This document shows, in pieces, positions 57,574 through 64,000 of a stretch of DNA of 64,000 bases. Positions within the stretch are counted from its first letter, which is position 1. Each line of letters starts with the position of its first letter. The notes under the pieces were generated by a model that saw nothing but the letters and a program-made list of their open reading frames with translations, was not told where the DNA came from and did not search any database. Where the stretch lies: contig JAVZMU010000001.1 of the NCBI GenBank assembly GCA_038883135.1, positions 2,988 through 66,987 of the forward strand, given 5' to 3'. Position numbers and translations under genes: made by a program. The stretch comes from Nitrososphaerales archaeon. Lineage in GTDB: Archaea > Thermoproteota > Nitrososphaeria > Nitrososphaerales > JACAEJ01.

Positions 57574-58764
57574 ATGGAAGTAGTTGAGAGACTCGGTAAA
57601 GTTGAAGATATTATGTCTAGGACTTTTAATGTCGTTAAAGAGGATGAATTTCTCTCAAAGGTCATAGGTATGTTCAAAGAAGGCAAGGCCAAGCCTACCG
57701 AAGCACTAATAGTTGTAGACTCTAAAGGCAACTATAAAGGTGTAATTACTGAACGTATGATAATCAGGTCGAGGCTTGATCCTAAAGAGACGAAGGTCAA
57801 GGCAGTATATAGACCTGCACCTAAATTGAATCCAAAAGATGATGCTATTGAAGCTGTTATATTAATGATTGAGAATGATATTAAACATATTCCAGTAATT
57901 GAAGATAGTAATATTGTTGGTTTAGTTGCAGATGTAGATGTTTTAGAGAAAGCTGTTAAGGGATCATTTGGCTTAAAACCAGTAAAGGATATAATGACTA
58001 AGGAACCTAGAGTCATTGAAGAAAATGCTTCCATAGCTAGTACTATGGCTTTAATGAGAGAAGAAGGTATATCTAGACTTCCTGTAGTTAGAGGTGATAA
58101 GTTAGTTGGAATTGTCAGCATACATGATATTGTAGAGCATGTTGTTCTACCAAGAGATAGGATTAGGTTTGGAGACTTTGCTGGAGATAAGCCTAAACCT
58201 TTAAGCAATCCTGTTAAGGGCATAATGACAAAGCCTGTGATAACCGTCTCTCCAAATACTACACTCAAGGATGCAGTTCAACTTATGCTTAAGCATAATA
58301 TAGCTTCATTAATCGTTTTAGATGAAGGTAGGATAGTAGGCATTGTGACTAAAAACGATATACTGAGTGCTATAGCTCGAGAAAAAAGAATAATTAAGAG
58401 TGGACTTTTAGTCCAATTCTCTTTTAACCGAATGAACATCGACAGTACAGAATATGAGCGCATGTTAGCTGATACAGATTCCTTTGCTAGAAAGTATTTA
58501 GATTATCTAGGCGAAGGTGTAATCACAGTCTACTTTAAGCAGCATAGAGAGAAGTGGAGGAACTCACCATTTATTCATTGTCGAATCATGATCAAGAGCG
58601 AAGGAGGACAATACGTAGGTGTAAGCAATGGTTGGGGCTTCTCACACGCCCTTCAAAACGCTTTAGAACATGCTGAGAGACAGATATTAAAGGGTAAGGA
58701 GATGGAGAAGGAACCTAGGTTTGCAGAAGATTTCATTAACAAAATGTTAGAACTATGGCATTAA
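57574..58764 (+). CDS. Four-CBS-domain protein with a C-terminal HPF/YfiA-like (ribosome hibernation factor fold) domain
   Basis: Four CBS repeats occupy aa 1-270. The C-terminal LVQFSFNRMNIDSTEYERM....VITVYFKQH....FIHCRIMIKSEGGQYVGVSNGWGFSHALQNALEHAERQILKGKE follows the beta-alpha-beta-beta-beta-alpha HPF pattern, which ends ...A...a...lerQl.k.k. Confidence 0.55.
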   Translation: MEVVERLGKVEDIMSRTFNVVKEDEFLSKVIGMFKEGKAKPTEALIVVDSKGNYKGVITERMIIRSRLDPKETKVKAVYRPAPKLNPKDDAIEAVILMIENDIKHIPVIEDSNIVGLVADVDVLEKAVKGSFGLKPVKDIMTKEPRVIEENASIASTMALMREEGISRLPVVRGDKLVGIVSIHDIVEHVVLPRDRIRFGDFAGDKPKPLSNPVKGIMTKPVITVSPNTTLKDAVQLMLKHNIASLIVLDEGRIVGIVTKNDILSAIAREKRIIKSGLLVQFSFNRMNIDSTEYERMLADTDSFARKYLDYLGEGVITVYFKQHREKWRNSPFIHCRIMIKSEGGQYVGVSNGWGFSHALQNALEHAERQILKGKEMEKEPRFAEDFINKMLELWH

Positions 58765-58922
58765 TAGTTTTTTATTAAATTACCTTAAATGGAGCCTTCC
58801 ATTCAAATTTGAATGAAGCAATCTTAATGGGTTTATCAAGACTAGCCTACATAATTATGACTTTATTATTCATAACACTTTTTGGTATTAAATTTAATTT
58901 AAGTCAAGTAAAAATAGAATAG

Positions 58923-59966
58923 GTGCAATTAATGAGTATTGGTGTTGCCATTTTATCTGGTGGAGAGAGTAGACGTTTTCAGAAACCTGGTTATAAGAGA
59001 AGAGACAAGGCTTTAGAAATTTTAAAGGGAAAGAAAATGATAGAATGGATTATAGATACAGCTTATAAAATATCTGATAAAGTTGCTATAATAGTAAGGA
59101 ATGAAAAGCAGGTAAAATCATATTCGGATATTTTCTCCAAAAATTATCCTAATCTTAGCATAATCTCAGACTTAAGGAATTTTGGGCATAGTCCTCTTAT
59201 AGGTCTTGCAACTAGCACTAAAGTAATAAATGATGATTTTATTTTAATTTTACCTTGTGATGTACCATATGTAAAAGAAGACGTTCTTAAATTATTAATA
59301 GATAAAGCAAATGGTTACGATGTTGTCTCACCTTTATGGCCAGATGGTAAGATTGAACCTCTTATTTCCATTTATAGAAGAGAGCATGTATTACTTTGCT
59401 ACCCTGCTCTTCTTAACCTTAAGAGATGGAGACCAGATGATATGATAAGATGTAGCAGAAAATCTTATCTTATTAACGTTGAGAATTTAAGAGAAATTGA
59501 TAAAGAATTAAGATCCTTTTTCAATATAAACTATCCTGAAGAAATTAATACTAAAAAAAGGATTAAATTAAATGATGGGATAATAAGAGATGATAAGATA
59601 ATCTATCCAAATAGGGTTACTATAAAAAGAATAGAAAATGTTGTAAGAGCTATATTGAATAAGAATTTAAACCCTAACATTATGGACGATTTAAAAGGTT
59701 CTAATTTTTGGCAATCTCTCATAGCATTGTCACTTTTTAAAAAATTTGGAAAAAAGTATCTAGAATTAGCTGGAAGAAGTTTTGAGGATGAGGCAAATTA
59801 TTATATAAAAAAAGAGTTAAAAATGCTAGCTCTTCATGCTATTTTAGATTCTTTATCTTGCTGGAAAGAGTTAAACCATACTGATAACTTGAATAGACTA
59901 TCAAAGGAAGCTTCCAATTTAAGAAAGCATATCAACATAGACTTTAAAGGAAAGTATGAATTATGA
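58923..59966 (+). CDS. MobA-like nucleotidyltransferase (molybdenum cofactor guanylyltransferase family) with a roughly 150-aa C-terminal extension
   Basis: GVAILSGGESRRF and LPCDVPY motifs are present. 347 aa against about 200 for a plain MobA. Confidence 0.6.
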   Translation: MQLMSIGVAILSGGESRRFQKPGYKRRDKALEILKGKKMIEWIIDTAYKISDKVAIIVRNEKQVKSYSDIFSKNYPNLSIISDLRNFGHSPLIGLATSTKVINDDFILILPCDVPYVKEDVLKLLIDKANGYDVVSPLWPDGKIEPLISIYRREHVLLCYPALLNLKRWRPDDMIRCSRKSYLINVENLREIDKELRSFFNINYPEEINTKKRIKLNDGIIRDDKIIYPNRVTIKRIENVVRAILNKNLNPNIMDDLKGSNFWQSLIALSLFKKFGKKYLELAGRSFEDEANYYIKKELKMLALHAILDSLSCWKELNHTDNLNRLSKEASNLRKHINIDFKGKYEL

Positions 59967-59982
59967 TTTATATTTAAAAAAA

Positions 59983-61782
59983 TTATTCTTTCTTTGAGAG
60001 ATAGTAATATGATCCTCTCTCCTTCTGCTCTCTATCCAATTTGCTACCTGGCTTATTGACTCTAGGTCTTCTAGTATCTACATCACGTCTATAAGTTATT
60101 CCTAAATCTTTGAGAAATTTATTCATACCTTTCTCTTTTTCTATAGGAGATGTAGCCTCACCTCTAACTCCCTGCTCACCAGTAAATATTATAAGAGAGT
60201 CAGAAACAATATCTATGAGTTGAACATCATGATCTACTATTATTGCAGATTTACCTTGAGCTTTTACGAATCTTTGAACTGCCTTTGCAAAAGCTATTCT
60301 ATCCTCAACATCCATAAAGGCTGATGGTTCATCTAAAGCATAAACATCAGCTTCTCTTAGTAAGCATGCTGTTACAGCTACCTTTTGTAATTCCCCTCCA
60401 CTTAAATCCTTTAATGGTTTATCATATAGTTTATTAATCCTTAATGGATTGATTATTAATGATTGAATCAAACTTGTTTCTAAATTTCCTTTTGATATTT
60501 TATCTAAAAAGGTCTTAACATCTTCATCGGATTCAGCGTAAAGATACTGAGGTTTGTAGGATATTCTAGCTTTACATTTAACCTCTCCTTCATCAGTTTT
60601 TTCTTCTCCAGCTATAATCCTCATGAATGTTGTCTTTCCTAATGCATTTCCCCCTAAGATCCCTATAATCTCTCCTTCTTTTAGAGATCCCATTGAAACT
60701 TTTAATTTGAAACTTGGATATGATTTTAAGAGATCTGTATACTCTATTATGTTTGGTGTTTGTAAAGAGTCTCCTATAGGAGCGAAAACATCAAATGTTA
60801 TAGGATTATCTCTAAACCTTACGTTCTCAGCTGGTAAATATCCATCAAGAAGAGAATTAATTCCAACTCTTGCAGACATTACACTAGATACTATACCATA
60901 AGCTCCAGGATTACCATATAAGATGTGCACATAATCACTCAAATAATCTAAAATTGTTAAATCATGTTCAACAAGCAAGACAGATTTTCCTTGCTTAGCT
61001 AAACTAGATATTACTTTAGCAACGCTTAACCTTTGATATACATCATTGTATGATGATGGTTCATCAAAGAAGTATATATCAGCATTTTTCAAAGCGCATA
61101 TGGCTACTGCTAACCTTTGAAGCTCTCCACCACTTAGTTCTTTAGTAAGTTTATGCAAACACTCCTTAAGATTTAAATTTTCAATTAATTCATCAATAGC
61201 TCCTTTTTCATCAAACATTTTCAATAATGATAAAGAATCGTTCTTCCAAACTTTAGCTAAATCGTAAACTGTTTGAGGTTTAAAAGAGACTATTAACTCC
61301 TTATTGCAAATCTTCTCAAAATGATTCTTAAGCTCTGTTCCATGAAAATGATCTATAATCACATCCCAATCAGGAGGATTTTCTATAAAACCCATATTCG
61401 GTTTAATTTTACCAGAAAGAATGTTTAAAGCTGTAGTCTTTCCTGTTCCATTTTTTCCTATTAAACCTACTATAGCTCCTTTTTTTGGTATTGGTAGCCT
61501 ATAAAGCCTAAAACCATTAGGACCATATTGGTGAATCTTATCTTCCTTTAACTCCTCGGATAAGTTAATTATTATAATTGAGTTGAATGGACATTTCTTA
61601 GTGCAAATACCACAACCTGTACATAACTCTTCACTTATTATAGGTTTTTCATCATCACCAAATATTATCGTCTTCTCACCCATCTTCACACCTGGGCAGA
61701 GTTTATAGCACTCTAACCCACACTTTTTAGGTTGGCATCTCTCTCTATCTAATACGGCTATACGATGGACCAAATACCTCAC
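59983..61782 (-). CDS. ABCE1/RLI ribosome-recycling ATPase
   Basis: N-terminal Fe-S domain (CQPKKCGLECYKLCP, CTGCGICTKKCP) and two ABC domains (GKNGTGKT, GGNALGKT). 599 aa. Confidence 0.9.
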   Translation of the reverse strand: MRYLVHRIAVLDRERCQPKKCGLECYKLCPGVKMGEKTIIFGDDEKPIISEELCTGCGICTKKCPFNSIIIINLSEELKEDKIHQYGPNGFRLYRLPIPKKGAIVGLIGKNGTGKTTALNILSGKIKPNMGFIENPPDWDVIIDHFHGTELKNHFEKICNKELIVSFKPQTVYDLAKVWKNDSLSLLKMFDEKGAIDELIENLNLKECLHKLTKELSGGELQRLAVAICALKNADIYFFDEPSSYNDVYQRLSVAKVISSLAKQGKSVLLVEHDLTILDYLSDYVHILYGNPGAYGIVSSVMSARVGINSLLDGYLPAENVRFRDNPITFDVFAPIGDSLQTPNIIEYTDLLKSYPSFKLKVSMGSLKEGEIIGILGGNALGKTTFMRIIAGEEKTDEGEVKCKARISYKPQYLYAESDEDVKTFLDKISKGNLETSLIQSLIINPLRINKLYDKPLKDLSGGELQKVAVTACLLREADVYALDEPSAFMDVEDRIAFAKAVQRFVKAQGKSAIIVDHDVQLIDIVSDSLIIFTGEQGVRGEATSPIEKEKGMNKFLKDLGITYRRDVDTRRPRVNKPGSKLDREQKERGSYYYLSKKE

Positions 61783-61877
61783 CTTAATATGATAAAAATC
61801 ATCTTGAAATCTTTTAAATTAGATTTCATTTACTTGAAGCTTAACTATTTATTATTTGCAGTAAATACTTTATAAAG

Positions 61878-62690
61878 TTAAGGAAAGGCTGCTTTACAAA
61901 GAACGCCTCTTCTCAAGCATGCATCTTTTAATTTAACTTTTAATCTATACCAATAATCCGAGTTATTTGTAATAAGAGATGGTAAACGTTCTTTAAGCCC
62001 AGGCTTTTCCTTATCCAAAAATAGAGTCATAGAATCTAATACCCAAGGTCTCAAGTTAAGCTTATCATAGATTATTTCACTCCTTGTTTTTTTAGCCAGA
62101 TCTATTATCTTTAAAAGGTTGTTATCATCATCATTTATCTCAGGGATTATAGGTCCTAAAAATATCCATGTGTTTATCCCTTTATTGGAGAATTCTTCTA
62201 TAACTTGAGAAAGAGAGCTAGGCAATGGTGCTCTTGGTTGCAATTTCCTAGCTAAATCATCATCAAGAGTAGTTATAGTAAAGCCTACATCAAATCCCTT
62301 TGATTTAATCAAATCTTTATCCCTCAAAATTAAAGGAGACTTTGTTTGTATAGAAACTGGAAATTTATGAATTGATAATAACTCAATACATTTCCTAGTT
62401 AATTGTAGCTTTGATTCTAATGGTTGATAGGGATCTGTGACTGTGCTTATACCAACTGTACCCTTTGGAAGCTTCTTCAATTGATTACTTAGAATTTCAA
62501 CAATATTTATCTTTGCTTTTACGAATTTTCCCCAATTTTTTGCAACCTTATCATTACAAAATACAGATGGACTGTAGCAGTAAATACAACCATGCTCACA
62601 ACCTAAGTAAGGGTTTAAAGAGTAATCTAAGCCTGGTAAATTACTATATGATATAGCATTCTTACAAGTGATATAAGAGTAACTGATCAA
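61878..62690 (-). CDS. Radical SAM protein (SplB/COG1533-like, 'DNA repair photolyase' family)
   Basis: LNPYLGCEHGCIYCY (CxxxCxxC). 270 aa. Confidence 0.7.
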   Translation of the reverse strand: MISYSYITCKNAISYSNLPGLDYSLNPYLGCEHGCIYCYSPSVFCNDKVAKNWGKFVKAKINIVEILSNQLKKLPKGTVGISTVTDPYQPLESKLQLTRKCIELLSIHKFPVSIQTKSPLILRDKDLIKSKGFDVGFTITTLDDDLARKLQPRAPLPSSLSQVIEEFSNKGINTWIFLGPIIPEINDDDNNLLKIIDLAKKTRSEIIYDKLNLRPWVLDSMTLFLDKEKPGLKERLPSLITNNSDYWYRLKVKLKDACLRRGVLCKAAFP

Positions 62691-62696
62691 AAAACA

Positions 62697-63992
62697 TCAT
62701 CTGAAATCTGTAATCTTTCTTTGAAGAAAGGCTTCCTTCAAAATTACACTGTTTTCTATCCATTTATCGAAAGGTACTGTAAGAAATTTAAATGCAAAAT
62801 TCAAAGCAGATTGCAAATTATCAAACTTTTTCGGCTTCCTTTTTAATGCATTCCTAACACTTTCCCTAACATTCCAGACACCAATAGGTAAGATATAGCC
62901 TGGATGAATCTCCCTTAAAACAAGGACTTTCGCTTGCTTCTTCATCTCTCTCAGCTTCTCAGTTACTGCTAACCTTGCAGAATAATAGCATCCACCTACT
63001 TTAGCATAATTAGATCTTCCCGCATAGCTCTCGTAATCACCTATTATTGCTGGATTCTTTCCTCTAAAATTCCATACAGTTCCAGGAAACCATGCTTCTA
63101 TCCACTCAAAGCACCATTTTTCTGGCATAAATATTGCTAAAAATAAATTATCTAAATTTCTAAAAATGTACACTTCATAATCATCTAAACTATCATATTG
63201 CTTTATCTTTTTAATTAACCAAAGAGAGATTATATCATCAACCGCTGTAATACTCCACCTTGTAGGTACTAATTTCCTTCTATTTCCAATTCCTAGCATG
63301 CCAACGCTGAAGGCACGTTGAATTCTGCTAATAAGAACCCCCTGCTCATATAGCTGAACTATAGCTTCAGAAGCTTTCATATCCCTATCATAGTAAGCTT
63401 TTTCTATCCTTCTATCAATACTTATGCTAGAAGTTTTAAAGGATTTCAATTGTGATGAAGGACCAAAAGGTGGAGTTTCCTCACTTAAATTTACCACACC
63501 TACAGGTCTTTTATTGAAAACTGCCTCTGAATTTACTGAAGATACACTCATAGATAACTCCTGAATTAAATCGAGCAAACGATTACCTTTTAATGCATCT
63601 TCTACATGCATTCTGGTTTTACCTCTAATCAAACTGAGGCGATATTCTACGATTTCTTTAATAGATTTACCTATCCAAAGCTCAGGAGTATCCAATATCT
63701 CAGTATTACCAATGTATGGAGGGAGCATAGGACCAATATAGACTTTAGGATAGCCTATTCTTCCTACAAAAGCTCCTGGTGGAGTAGAACCTTCAACTCT
63801 TTCTGATAGTACTAAAGAAGAGCTTTTTATCATGAATTTAGCTTTAGCTATAATAGGGCAACTTAGCTTTCCGCATAACATCTTACCTCCTTTACAGATT
63901 AAGCATAATTGAGATAATTTTCCAGCTAATTTTATATTATCTAATAACGACCCATTTGATAATTCATATTGAATCCAATAATATTCATTCAA
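62697..63992 (-). CDS. Nre-family protein (archaeal DUF650/DUF651-type, putative DNA repair factor)
   Basis: 431 aa. The N-terminal Cys cluster CLICKGGKMLCGKLSCPI and the overall size match my memory of the Nre N- and C-domains. It sits 6 nt upstream of the radical SAM gene on the same strand. Confidence 0.5.
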   Translation of the reverse strand: MNEYYWIQYELSNGSLLDNIKLAGKLSQLCLICKGGKMLCGKLSCPIIAKAKFMIKSSSLVLSERVEGSTPPGAFVGRIGYPKVYIGPMLPPYIGNTEILDTPELWIGKSIKEIVEYRLSLIRGKTRMHVEDALKGNRLLDLIQELSMSVSSVNSEAVFNKRPVGVVNLSEETPPFGPSSQLKSFKTSSISIDRRIEKAYYDRDMKASEAIVQLYEQGVLISRIQRAFSVGMLGIGNRRKLVPTRWSITAVDDIISLWLIKKIKQYDSLDDYEVYIFRNLDNLFLAIFMPEKWCFEWIEAWFPGTVWNFRGKNPAIIGDYESYAGRSNYAKVGGCYYSARLAVTEKLREMKKQAKVLVLREIHPGYILPIGVWNVRESVRNALKRKPKKFDNLQSALNFAFKFLTVPFDKWIENSVILKEAFLQRKITDFR

Positions 63993-64000
63993 CGATTTAT

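Noticed and set aside
1-64000. CRISPR arrays, rRNA genes, transposases, integrases and IS elements
   Set aside because: I found no regularly spaced 25-40 bp repeats, no rRNA-like GC-rich blocks, and no DDE, tyrosine or serine recombinase motifs in any supplied translation. The only exact repeat noted is the 37-bp pair at 46.6 kb.

Overview
AT-rich (about one-third G+C, judged by eye) and gene-dense archaeal chromosome segment with K/E/I-rich, thermophile-style proteins. The markers point to a TACK-type archaeon. They include an ESCRT-III/Vps4 division cluster (cdvB, cdvB with a winged helix, cdvC). There is also an rpoH-rpoB-rpoA-L30e cluster in which rpoA is unsplit (A' and A'' in one 1270-aa ORF). 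Further markers are archaeal NusA, AspRS, ABCE1, SpeH plus BpsA (branched polyamines), ThyX and ApgM.

Layout:
- 0-2.9 kb: tail of a group 4 [NiFe]-hydrogenase module in complex-I gene order (D-H-I-J-K).
- 2.9-19.5 kb: mixed metabolism and regulation. This includes an FrhB-like gene, an orphan DNA methyltransferase, a tRNA-Leu with two introns, a PadR/ABC-2 operon, a rhomboid protease and the polyamine genes.
- 19.9-20.2 kb: a relic of a methyl/alkyl-coenzyme M reductase operon (mcrG start fused to mcrA end).
- 20.7-34.1 kb: information-processing and division core.
- 34.4-38.9 kb: envelope and sugar-nucleotide genes.
- 38.9-50.4 kb: accessory island. It holds three VapBC-type modules, HEPN/MNT modules and many decayed genes (GT2, flippase, ThiI, HEPN, AbrB). 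It also holds three copies of a two-gene cassette that I cannot place in any described system. Each cassette pairs a DNA-binding protein, carrying a shared C-terminal domain, with a retropepsin-like aspartic protease.
- 50.5-64 kb: GNAT, a frameshifted MtaA-type methyltransferase, an Mrp/NBP35 gene, thyX, aspA, a CBS-HPF-like fusion, a MobA-like gene, ABCE1 and a radical-SAM plus Nre pair.

I found no CRISPR array, rRNA gene, transposase or integrase. All calls rest on reading the supplied translations and the DNA by eye. Homology statements rely on remembered family motifs and need confirmation by search.
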